DNA of 37,542 nucleotides from Perkinsus olseni (Eukaryota): NCBI GenBank assembly GCA_013115125.1, contig JABANN010000337.1, positions 1 to 37,542 of the forward strand, read 5' to 3'. Shown piece by piece: positions 1 to 11,451 of this stretch (position 1 is its first letter; each line of letters starts with the position of its first letter). The notes under the pieces were generated by a model. It saw only the letters and a program-made list of their open reading frames with translations, ran no database searches and was not told where the DNA came from. The position numbers and the translations under genes were made by a program.

Positions 1-156
1 GAAGCTTTAAGGGGACACAATGTGTTTGGTTATTATTTGAAAAAGACATGGTATTTAAGGGAGTGTCGGCGATGAAGGCTGAGAAAACGAAGCGCACGGA
101 CATACCGACCTAACTTCCTATCGGGGCTAATAGCCCTCTGCTGAGTTCTCGCGGAG

Positions 157-1260
157 ATGGCCAGATCGATGACGGTTAGCGCTGGTCGACAGCGGGAATG
201 GCGGGAAGCGGGACAAGGATGACCATCTTCAGAAGACGGATTCAGTATATAGGGAGATTCGGTTATACCCGGTGAGCAGCATAGTATGGTCAGCTGCTTA
301 CCCGAGTGACTTCAGCGGCTTCCACGATGGATCAGCAGCAGCGCTACGTGAAAGGTCGATTGAGACACGGCCGTGCTCGCTCGCCCCGCATGCTGCCCGA
401 TAGTGAAGTTCCACTTTCACCCCTTTAACGATATTCCCCAACTCGCTGTCCTCAGTAGTTTCGTGTTCCCCTCAGCCATGACAAAGTTGAGCATTCTCGT
501 CAGCGGTACAATCTCCGTGATGTGCCACTCTTCGTTGGTCCCGACTGGGCAGGTGAGTTCATAGGCCACTCATAAGCGTTATAATCATTCCCGCAGGGTA
601 AATACGCCTATGATCGTGGCAATGTACTTGGCGGTGGAGGGCCCATCCCAATCACCCTTAAAGGCCAACAGGTGAACGCAGGAGCAGGACAGCTCATATT
701 GAGTAGTTCACTGTAGATCAAGGGAGTTATCAAGAGCAGCGGGAAGAACCAATGCACAGTTACAGCGGACCCCCATTGGGAGTTCACTTTGTCATGTACA
801 CCCTCCGAAGGCCTACCCGAGTTGACTAGCACCTTTACCTCGAAGGAAGAACAGGACATGTGGACCTACTCCGTTGTTTTCAGGTATGTTGAGGGCGATT
901 CGGGCAAAAGGATTGTTCCATGTTCTTAGGAGAGATGCTCGAGCTGCAGGGGACGCTCAAGACCTCCTCATTATCAAGGTCGATGATCATCCTGGGATGG
1001 TCGCCAACGGCACTACCGATGCTGACTTTAAAGATTTCGAGGACCTCATGCCGTTCAAAAGGGCTCTGCTGATACAAATATTACCGCAGCTACAAGGGCA
1101 AGGGGTTGGGCACAATAAATGTGGGGAACTGTTCAGACGAAGACTCTACTACGATCGTGAAGGAAAACACGGTGACGGGCTAGGCTGGCTACAGGACTTC
1201 CATATTCGCAAGCGTAAGGAACTGATGAGGAGGGTGGAGCAGCAACAGGAGAGTGCCTAG
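157..1260 (+). CDS. Hypothetical multi-exon protein (5' structure unresolved; last exon about 884-1260)
   Basis: Terminal open frame after a TTTTCAG acceptor (GMLRAIRAKG...VEQQQESA*), with upstream open segments separated by GT..AG intervals. No family recognised; start is a guess. Confidence 0.3.
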
Positions 1261-2490
1261 GTTTTGGTGTAACGAGTGTTGTTGTTGATCGGGCATTGTC
1301 GAGTTATGTGAGTGTTTCATGGTCTAGAATTACTAAGATGACGAGGGTAAGATACATCGCCCAGCAGCAGCCTACCTCCGGAAATAACCTGGAAAAGTGG
1401 GTGGAGAAGGAGGAACTACATTCTTTTCAGAACCAAGAGAATGTAGCAATACCAGACGCGTTCATACCAACTTTCTACGAACGGGCAGAAGTATAACTGA
1501 GAGGGGAAAATGCTAATGGTAGTTTACCATCACTACCCATTGAGTTCACCCACCCCCAGAATTAGTCAAGACATCTACCGGCCAACGGCAGCCTCAGCTA
1601 ACCCTTTATAGATATATAACATAAATGTCTTATATACATAGCATACATCAGGTAGCTAAGTATACCCCCTTATTCTGAGTAAGTATAACGTTGATCCATG
1701 TAGTATCCATGTCGGTAACGTAAACAAGTGATAGTATTACCATAATTTCAAAATATCACAGATTGTGATATCAATGGAGTTCCACCCGTAATACGCGAAG
1801 TGGCGTTTTTCGCCAAGTGAAAATCGCGAAAGTCGCGATGTCAAGTGTTTGGATTGCGTTTTTCACCAGTGTCTTTCATATCGCGGGAGAAACTCAAATG
1901 CTAACAAGCATGGTATAAAGTGCGGCAGCACTCTCTACCCCGTGTATCAGCATGAATAGGAAACCCGAAGTGGTTTTACAAGACTAAGGAGCACATAATA
2001 CACGGCGATGGAGTCCATCAGATAAAACTCCTAATATATTCAGCATAAGGCGCCACTTTATCACTGCGGAAGCTCACCACACCGAACCACCATGGGTAGA
2101 GTCCTCACATGCCGAACGACCATGAGTTCCAGTACGCAGAGGTTACTTACTGATGGCCTATGGACTACGCCAGAACCTTCGGGGAAGTAATTGTGTCCGG
2201 ATTTGGGTGGCGGTCATACTAGCAGAGAAACGCCACAGCTCTGGAATCCAACTAACCAATATTGATTGAACTGATAACACAACGATAAAGAGGAATTAAC
2301 GTCCAAGAAACATCGCCGTACACGAATTGAAAATAACATCCTTGAAATTCACATACATGCACGTCATCATCATCGCTCCTTCCCAACACTCATAGTCCCT
2401 CCCGTGAGTTCCCTATGGAGGGCCATTCCTGATGAGGCGCCCGAGGGCAGCGTAAAAGTGATGATGGCGTTGCGTTTTGGTGGAGCCACG

Positions 2491-4672
2491 TCACTCGTTG
2501 GCACCAACTCGAAGTGAAGGCGAGCATCTCGAGGAGCGACAACGACGGGCCCTAGAAAGATCAGTTATCCACGAGCAAGCAACCTCACTTGCAATCTTAC
2601 GGTATCTCACATTTCCTCTAAATCTCGTATCCGTGGCAACATAGGCTTCCACAGAATCGCCATCTCCTTCAACCAGCCTGTCCGCCCAAACCTCGCCGAT
2701 GAACCGGTGGTCTGGCTCTCCTGCTGGTCGTACGGCAGACGAGGGCCCTTCAGCCGTGAGAGACGCTCGCGGCAACATCAAGGAAGTGAAGGGGAATTCA
2801 TCAACCATATCAGCAGTAACACGACGGAGACGCCTGAAAGATTCTTGAATGACCACGTGGCCGCATACCAACATTAGCGTGAGTTCAATATCATTCTCAC
2901 TCCACAGGGTGATGGCAAGTGATGAACACTCTGAAGCAATTACGGCAATCAGGAGGCTCTCTTCGATAAGATTCGTTATAGAGTTAAAATGCCCTCGTTT
3001 GCAGAGTATTCCGGTTGGTAAGTCCCAACTCAAAGATGGTGGGCAGGTCTGTCGAAGGATTCACAGCAGGATAGGTAGTCCGACGCCGTCCCTGACTGTT
3101 ACCCCTCATCTAGCACTACGTCACCCGCCTCAACATGCTCACTCCTGGCTACTCGCCGTGCTGCTGCGATATTCCACCTAAAACGTCACGAGCGGGGATT
3201 GAACCAGGGCCACGAGAATGAAAGCTTACTTCCACGACGGATTAGCCTGATTGACGCATATATTCCAAAACCGCCCATCGTGATAGGTCCTCAGAGCCCC
3301 TTCCAGCGGACTCCCTACACCAGATGATTTCAGAGTCTCCATAAACCGATATAAAGAAGATCGAGGCTGAACGTTCCCTCTATTCATCACGCTAATTGCA
3401 GCATCAGGATCTGCGGAGAAAAGATACCTGAAAGTTTCCGTCGCTGGGATTCGAACCGAGGACCTATCGACTACTCATCAGCGGCTTCCTTCAGCGCCTC
3501 GGACGTCGTCGTGTCTCTAAACCATTCTATAAGAAGACGTGTAGCCCGGATGAAGTCCTTCTCGACGAGAGCCTCCCCCACCAAATGCGAGTTCATTGGG
3601 AACCTGATACGTGACGAGACTCAGCGAGCTGGTCCAAGGGCATTGATGGCACCGGAGTAAACTAACTGAGGGCAAGCGCCGCCCAACTCCGCTATACCTA
3701 TCACAATAAGGCCTATGAGTTTTTTCGAGAACGCTCCACCAACGGTAGATACTCAATCGAAGAGTCAAACGTGTTCTCATAGAGACGGGAAACGTCAGAT
3801 AAAGGCCACAGAAGGAGTACTGAGAATATCTCTGACAACAATGAAACGATTCAGTTGCCATTTTCCTTATTGCCGCTGAATACATACACCTACATCCACG
3901 CACCTACAATACGCGAAGAAAACGAAGAGTAGAGAATTCTTTAACGAAATCAAGTTGAATACTCCATCACAGTGTGGAGAATACACTTCTGCGATTTCCG
4001 CACGATCATCTTCTTCACAAAACCTCTGATCGTGGTGGCCCTCCTCACCTTTGCGGCGGATAATAATTGACGAAGCCCCTCTTCGCAAGTCCAGCAAGAG
4101 CCTGCTCAGCTGCCTTGTCGTTGAGATGGTCCACGTTACGATACCGTAACCGGTATGAACTGCCAAGGTGAGGCGAGTAGGGTGTCGTGTCTCCAAGTAG
4201 ATATGAGCATTCCGTCACCCCGAAGCCGCCAAGAAAACTAAAGGCGTGGAGGAAATGCAAGAGTGCAAGATCAGAGCCTCTTACTCCTGTTGGGCTTCGA
4301 ACTCTCTCAAATTCGAGAGATAATCAGAGCGCACGCAAACACGTTGTCCAGTGAGGGCGTAAGACTCCGTCTTATCAGTGAATATCTGAAAACATCCGAC
4401 CTAGGAATTGAACCTGAGTGTTTCGACTGCCCTATTACGAACTCTTGGATCGGTATCCCAGTAGCATTTGAAATCCTCGCGGTAGCCGTGACAGTTGACA
4501 TCCCCGCCTTGCACAGCGTAAAGGACACAAACGGAGCCTCACCATTCACAGCCGGGAGAAGTCCCACTGCGAGCAATCCAAAGGTCCCCGGTTCGAATCA
4601 CGTCCCAGGTGTTTTCCCACACTTTTGGTCCACATCTTTCAACGCAGCTTTCTTCCTCCGACTCATTGCCAT
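2491..4672 (-). CDS. TruD/PUS7-family pseudouridine synthase-like protein, multi-exon, catalytic motif altered
   Basis: Spliced translation gives FVSFTLCKAGMSTVTA, FTDKTESYALTGQRV (aligns with FAGxKDxxAxTxQ) and ALAGLAKRGFVNYYPPQRF (matches GFxNYFGxQRF). Introns include 4567-4620, 4386-4438, 3428-3474 and 3178-3229. The 3' exons are less certain. Confidence 0.7.
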
Positions 4673-5117
4673 CTTTTTCCGAATCGCTGATGGTACTAGC
4701 CGATGGTGCTGTTGAGAATCAATCTCTTGGATGACATAGTCGAGAGGGCTGTAGGGGAATGACTGAACGATAAAGAGGGAGAGGTCTCGGGTTCGATCCC
4801 AGCTGAAGTATTCTTATGGCTCATGAAGAAAAAGTTGTCGAGGACGCTTAACATTCTTGAGCTATTATGACGTTTGAGCTTCTACCACGCTGAGATAAGT
4901 CTGGTTAACCTAATTCGTATCCTCCCCGCGCAACTTCAGGATACCCATGACTACCTCGCAGCCTTCCAGCGTCCGATTCTTCGACAACCGCTCCGTAGCT
5001 CCAATCGAGGCGTCAATAGCTGATGATGATGTCGCCGCAGATACACGGAGGGTGGTCAGACTACGGATGGATATCTTCCACCCAGTCACCGATGGTGCCA
5101 CGAAACTCATTAGTAAA

Positions 5118-5229
5118 AGATTCTACCGACACTACCATCGTCTGAAGATTCTACCGACACTACCATCGTCTGAAGATTCTACCGACACTACCATCGTCTG
5201 ACGATTCTACTGAGACTACCATCGTCTGA
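5118..5229. repeat. 28-bp minisatellite, 4 copies
   Basis: Unit AGATTCTACCGACACTACCATCGTCTGA at 5118, 5146 and 5174, with a diverged copy at 5202. Confidence 0.95.
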
Positions 5230-5296
5230 CGATGATACTCAAACGAAAGAGATAGTTGATGTAAGAAAATGGGTGGCGAGGTAAAAATAGATGATA

Positions 5297-6296
5297 TTAC
5301 AGAGATCGAACATACGCTTTATACTCGTTCAGTTCAATCAACCCATCCTCATTCTTATCTGCCTCGCTGTAAAACCTGACGGATGCCGGGATAGAACCAC
5401 GGACCTTTCGCTTACCCAACACTTACTTGAACAAATCCGCCTGGTCCATAAATCCTTTATAGACAGCCCTCACTTCCTGTGGATCGATACCACCGTCATT
5501 GTTGCTGTCGAAGTCTTTGAAGTCTTCTTCGTACTCTTGGTCAGTCCTCGAGCCAGCTTGCTAGAGAAGAGCGCACGCTGATGAGTGTATCAACAAATGG
5601 TCTACAACTCAACCTAATGATACTCAACACCCTTCAACCTAAGATGCGCTCTCGAGCTCCAAGCGAATGTGAACAGCAACTCATAATATAAATTAATCTA
5701 CATTTGTAAGGTATATATTAAAATATAAAGTATTAGTAATACAGTTGAAAAATGAAAAAAGGAGAGAAAGAATTTCCGCGTCCAGAAAATTTGCGGAATG
5801 TCGCGACTATTCCGTGACGCTAAGTTTCTTTCGTAAACTCGCCCTGTACAACGTTCTAACGCAAATTTTCCAATGCAAATTTTTTGGTGAGACAGACTGT
5901 ATATAAGGTTTACTAAATCTACAATTAAATTATTTTATTATAGTAATACCACTGAAATAAAATATGGTGAATATACTTAGAAGCACACATCGACAGGGAT
6001 CAACCTAAGATACTACCACCTGACTACCTTATCCCCGCCATCCTCAAGATCGAGGTACCTGAACATGTGAAATCTTCGCTGTGCGTAAAGATACGCAGTC
6101 CGAAAGATACTTACGGGTCCTCAATAACGAAGTCATCGTCGAGAACCTGACAAGTGCAATGACTGAATGGCCTTGGAAAGCCTCTACTGGAATTCTCACT
6201 GCGCCACAAAAATACCCGACCATTCGAAAGAGCCGTACCTATTACCGTTCGAGCAGCCACTGCTGCTAGGAGTGACGCGATGATGACAAACCTCAT
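5297..6296 (-). CDS. Secreted/ER EF-hand calcium-binding protein (signal peptide plus two EF-hands)
   Basis: N-terminus MRFVIIASLLAAVAAR. After removing introns 6059-6114, 5561-6027 and 5376-5426 the frame reads FKDFDSNNDGGIDPQEV and ADKNEDGLIELNEY...VRSL*, two canonical DxxxDGxIxxxE loops. Confidence 0.75.
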
Positions 6297-6756
6297 GTTA
6301 ACAATAAAAAATAAGTATCTTAGGTTGAAGCTAGTAGTTTACGAAAGCTGGTCCCCAGATTTACTTAGAATCGGGGTAGGCGAGATGCCCAATGACTAAA
6401 TGAACAGCGAAGGCTCTTTAGAACGCATTCGGAGCCGCATATCAGTCTTGCAATCTTGAGCTAACTCGCGATTCCTCAACGTCTCCGAAACAGCGCGGTC
6501 AGACAGCTGCACCATCAGAACAGTGTTATTAAAGACCACCCAAAAATGCAAATACTCATTTCTCTCAGCTCTGATTCACACGCTCCTCCTGACGAGAAGG
6601 TTCTATGCCCAGCAGTACGCTGACGAAGTACCTGGACTGTTAAGGAGAAGGAGTTTGCGCATGCGCGCAGGCAATACCGTAACCCGCGGAAGGGAACTGA
6701 GTGGATCAATTTCTATTTGATTTATCACATCAGTTTTCGAGCCTTGATCTTCCGCT

Positions 6757-8157
6757 ATGGCATGCCCTCCTGATGATATCTCTATCACCGACCTCGCAAC
6801 GTATCTTTTGACCTCGTCGAGTCCTCGCTTGTTAGTGGGAGTAGTCGGTGCCCCAGGTGCAGGAAAAAGTGCAGTCAGCAGGCATTTGGTAGCTGAGATC
6901 AACCGGCGAGCTTCTGCTGATACAGGTAGTGGTTAAATCTTCGCTGTGCGTAAAGATTCTTCGTCGTTTCGTTCAGCTATACTAGTCCCTCTAGATGGCT
7001 TCCACTTCACTCGGCATTATTTGGACACTCAAATGCATGACCCTGTGAAGGCGAAGAGGTAGTGTAGAATGCGGGGATCGAACCGGGGACCTTTCGATTA
7101 CTCGTAGGTATCGAGGAGCTCACTGGACGTTTGATAAGGGTGCATTCAGCAAATGCTTAGGACGGTTACAACGAGACGATGTACTATGGGAGCATCATTC
7201 GAGTATCGGACTAGTGGTAGAATTGCACTGATTAATCATCACTCTTTTCATTGCATAAGTGCTTATCATGATCATTGTCATAGTCCCCGTGCAACTGTTT
7301 CATAATAATCATCAGTATAAAACCGTTTCGTGATAATCATCAGTATAAAACCGTTTTGTGATAATCATCAGTATATAAGCGTTTTGTGATAATCATCTGT
7401 ATAAAACCGTTTCGTGATAATCATCTGTATAAAACCGTCTCGTGATAATCATCAGTATAAAACCGTTTTGTGATAATCATCCGTATATAACCGTTTTGTG
7501 ATAATCATCTGTATAAAACCGTTTCATGATAATCATCAGTATAGAACTGTTTCATAATCGTCAGTTTAAAACCGTTTCATAATCATCATTGGTGGCAAGA
7601 ATGGTATAATTCTCTCAGGATGTTGATTGTCCAGAATTCGATCATCGTGTCCATGACCCCGAAGAGGGTAAAATTAAAGTACGGAAAAACCACAGGTAAT
7701 GTAATCTCGTCATCTTAATTCCCGCCTTTACGACAACACTGGCCAGCCAGAATCGTCTCTTGTAACGTATTAGGGTTAAGACTCCTTCGGTAACGGAGGC
7801 TTCGAGAATTGACCGAAGCGGTAGGACATTTCTATCAGAATAGTGGTGGTTGAAGGCCTATGGGTATTATATCCCCCGTGGGGCTTGGCAGATGAGTTCG
7901 ACGTCAAAGTACTCGTCCGGGCCTCAGAAGAGAATCGACAGGGAAGAGTTGGTACTACTGCCCTAATTTTGTGGCGCGCGGTGTACCTGACTCTCCTGAC
8001 AGTTGCTCGGCATGTCGCTGGAGGAATCGAAGGCGCTGAAGAAGCCGCTTTGCGGAGGTATTTGGATAACGACAAACCGAATGGAGATCTAGTTCTCTCA
8101 ACACTGCCCCAAATCGATTACGTGATCGATAATAATGCGTTTAATAACGAGTGGTGA
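6757..8157 (+). CDS. P-loop kinase of the YFH7/YggC (uridine/pantothenate/phosphoribulokinase-like) family
   Basis: Walker A GAPGAGKS, then PLDGFH, RGAHWTFD, PEFDHRVHDP, IVVVEGLW, VARHVAGG and DNDKPNG. Introns at 6926-6976, 7059-7107 and 7181-7618, plus two further downstream. Confidence 0.9.
7305..7589. repeat. 28-bp minisatellite, about 10 copies, inside intron 3 of the kinase gene
   Basis: Consensus ATAATCATCAGTATAAAACCGTTTYGTG with period 28 from 7305; terminal units are shorter and degenerate. Confidence 0.95.
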
Positions 8158-8374
8158 CTCGGTAGTTAAAATTGCGTTGCTATCTGTTTAATAGCGGTCA
8201 AGTAATGGTAGTAGTTTTCAGTCCGAAACTCTGCCGAGTCGCCCGGCGGCATTCTGCGTAATCTACAGATGCCCTTCTTGTACCTCCCGCATCTTAGACT
8301 TTCATCGATATAGCGATACGCAGGTTTTGTCAGAGTATTTCGGCTGTCATTCACAGGCCTGATTTATTCTTCAT

Positions 8375-11351
8375 ATGAGCGCCTCGTCAATAGCGGCTCG
8401 ATTCGGTTTGAAAATATCCGAGGCCGGTCGAGGGCGAGTCGAGTTCGATGCACTACCTGCCTTTTGCTCCGGTCAGTATCTTGTGGATGTGATTAACGAG
8501 GCTTTGAGACTACGAGTACAGGATCCTATGATGTGGTCAAAAATAGAATCCCGAGGAATCGAACTCGGGTCTTCCCCCCGATGCAAGTTCTCTCCCTCTA
8601 CCATCTGCATTGCTTGGATGGGCGTTCATGATGCGTCCTTCTTGGATCGATATGACGGCTTGAGGAAGTGGCTCGATAAAGAACTATCGAGAGACGATAA
8701 TCTCCATGGTTTGTCTTCGTCCACTCTCCATCACGTGACGACCCGAGCGACAGCCGACCAGAAGTGGGCCCTGGCGGAGGCTGCCATCACAAGACTGGTG
8801 GGCAAGTCCGAGACCCTCACCGATGTAGAAGTTCTTATGTTTGCCGAGTGCGTTGAGAAACTGCAAGAGAGCAAGATGTGCCTATCTGATGGTATCTTGG
8901 GTAATGTTGTGGTCCTGGTAGAGCAGAGGAAGGAGCGTTTGGATGGTGATGATGATGATCATTGCATCAGAGTGTCGCGTCTGCTCAACAGCCCTGTATT
9001 CGGTAGTACTACTAAATTGACTGTTAATGAGCATGAAGTTTCCGATGATTATTCTGCCTTGGTTCTTTGCGTACCAGTTGTCCACTCATCCGTACCAGAA
9101 TTTACTAAATTCGATTTAGAAATAACAACGAAACTGCCTTCTATTGATCGGAAACTTGGCACTCATCAAACATGTAGATCCTTTTTCGGGATCTGATCTC
9201 CAAAGGGGTCCTCGAAGAACTTGAGCAGCTTCCTCTCCTCCCCGGAGTTGGCCGGGAAGCCATCACGTCCGAGCCGCAGAGAGAGGACATCCTTCCGGAC
9301 CTGGTAGTCAAAAGGTCCCCGGATCGAATCCGGGGATGAGCAGTACCTCTGGAATGCCGCCAGTTTTCCAAACTCCATCAGCGGAGTCCGGCATCTGGTA
9401 TTTATACCTATCCGATGCCAAATCGATCGCTTGATCGATGAAAGATACTCTCACTTTTCTATGCGGAATTTCCCTCTAACAGAAGCAACTCTCTCTTTCT
9501 CGTCTTCCTTCCATATATTATCCCACCAATTCGTTACCGGCGACAAAGCCTTCGCGATGACCGTACTCCGCTCGTCATCTGACATTACCCAATTCAGCAA
9601 GAGGGACGATAAGTCGAAGTACTAGCAAGCCTGCTACTGCTCAGTGTCAGGTTTCGACGTTGGACGCCGTCATTGGCGCCGTCAGCACACTACTAGTATC
9701 GACCTTCTCATACACCTCAGTGTTCGGTATAACAAATTCACAAATGACCGTTCATCATCCCCGTCTATTTTATCGTAGCTCATCAATGACCCAATTCCTA
9801 TTCGTCTTCCACGGGAATATTCTGCTTTTACCCCGACTCTCTTTACTCATAATGATACTTACCATTCGCAGCAGTATTTCCCCGTCCGCTGCCGAGCTGT
9901 GACTGAGCACTGGACGCCACCCCAACCCCAGCCCCCAAGAACTTCGCCCTCTTCCCGTCAGATCTCCTCCCATCGGGCGATGCCAACGCAGGCAGCCCTG
10001 GGTTCAACACCTCCGTCGATACCGCGCTGTTGTTGAGTTGGAAGTAATCTTGTCCAAGGTCCGATGTTGTTACCAAGTCTTTCGAGAGGTTATCGTAACG
10101 GTCAGAATCTGACGGGGCGTATCTTAGGTTGAAGCTGGTGTAATATCCTACCAGATATCGTGTGCATCCTGGGAACTCGGAATGGAAAGATTCTCGATAT
10201 CGTCCAGAATTGCTTCTTGGTCCGAAAACGTATGTATTTGTCTCCGACCTCTACCTTTTCCATACCATGTACGGGGAACTGAACATGACACGACCAGGAG
10301 TTGAACCCAGGGCCATACGGTCCAGCATCTACTCGACTAACCATCACACCAAACATCCCACACCCAGGGGAGTATCATGTCGTGAATGCTTACAACTATA
10401 GGCCTGCCGGGCCTCCCGGATAGGTTATGAGCTCGTATCGCCATCTGAGCCTTTCCAGTATCAACTACTATTCTGGAAACATAAGTTGTAAGATAAACAT
10501 GTAAACCTACACAGTGCGAAAGATACGCCTTGATATCCCCGCCACTGAGAGCACACTCCCCTATTATTACCTACCCACATCGTCGCCAAGGCTGTTACGA
10601 ATGGTATGGTATCATAAATATCCATCTGAACAAATAAATAAAATATCTTATATCGAATCCACCACGTACATATCCAAGAAAGTAGCATCCCGTTGTTGAG
10701 AGTATGGTAGAACCCGTCACAGTGTTGGCGAACTTCACGATTTTACGCACGTACCCAGTATCAGCACGATTCAGCAGGACCTGGCAGGATGCATTACGAA
10801 ACGGCCGAATCGATCACCCGATCGATTTTACATTGATAGAACCTCGTATTCCCGATGGTGCCGCTGAGTTGACAGTAGAACCCCCCAAGTCATTCAAACT
10901 GTACATGAGGTCAGCCTGGAGTCCCAAGTAATCCTTGTCAAAACCTACTGTAGCAACAGCTGGAGGTCGCAGGTTCGATCCCGGAACCCGGCATCACATT
11001 TTACTTATGCGATCTGGCAAAGGCTTCCCGTCAGCAGCTAACCCCTTCGCTTGTCGTGATTGCTCCAATCGGCGTCTCGCGAATCTACACGGAGCGGCTC
11101 ACGCGTTGGAGAAGTTCACTGCGTATGACACAAAGTGAAAGATGATACGCCTTGTTGTTGGCGGTTAAGCCAGACTAAACACCAATCTTAAACGCGTTCC
11201 CTTTAGTACGCTTGAGCTGGGTTCGACCCTTTGCTAGCTGCAGCCGCAAGATTTCCCCGCGACACCCGAAATATTCCCTGTGCGCAATGTCCAGAAGAAT
11301 ATCTTCCCGTTAATATCAACTTTCGATAAAAATATCGATGGGACATGGTAA
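8375..11351 (+). CDS. Large multi-exon hypothetical protein (may be more than one gene)
   Basis: 273-aa opening ORF (MSASSIAARFG...), successive open segments, and a putative terminal exon LQPQDFPATPE...DGTW* ending at 11351. No family recognised. Confidence 0.4.
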
Positions 11352-11451
11352 AATGCGGAATTCTGCAACTGAAAAAAATCTCCCCTCGAGCATGAACTAG
11401 GTGAACAAAGATTCGCTGACGAAACCAGAAAGATACTGCTGTGAAAAAGAA

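Noticed and set aside
7305-7589. CRISPR-like appearance of the 28-bp repeats (also 5118-5229)
   Set aside because: Units are directly adjacent with no unique spacers, there are no cas genes, and the context is eukaryotic.
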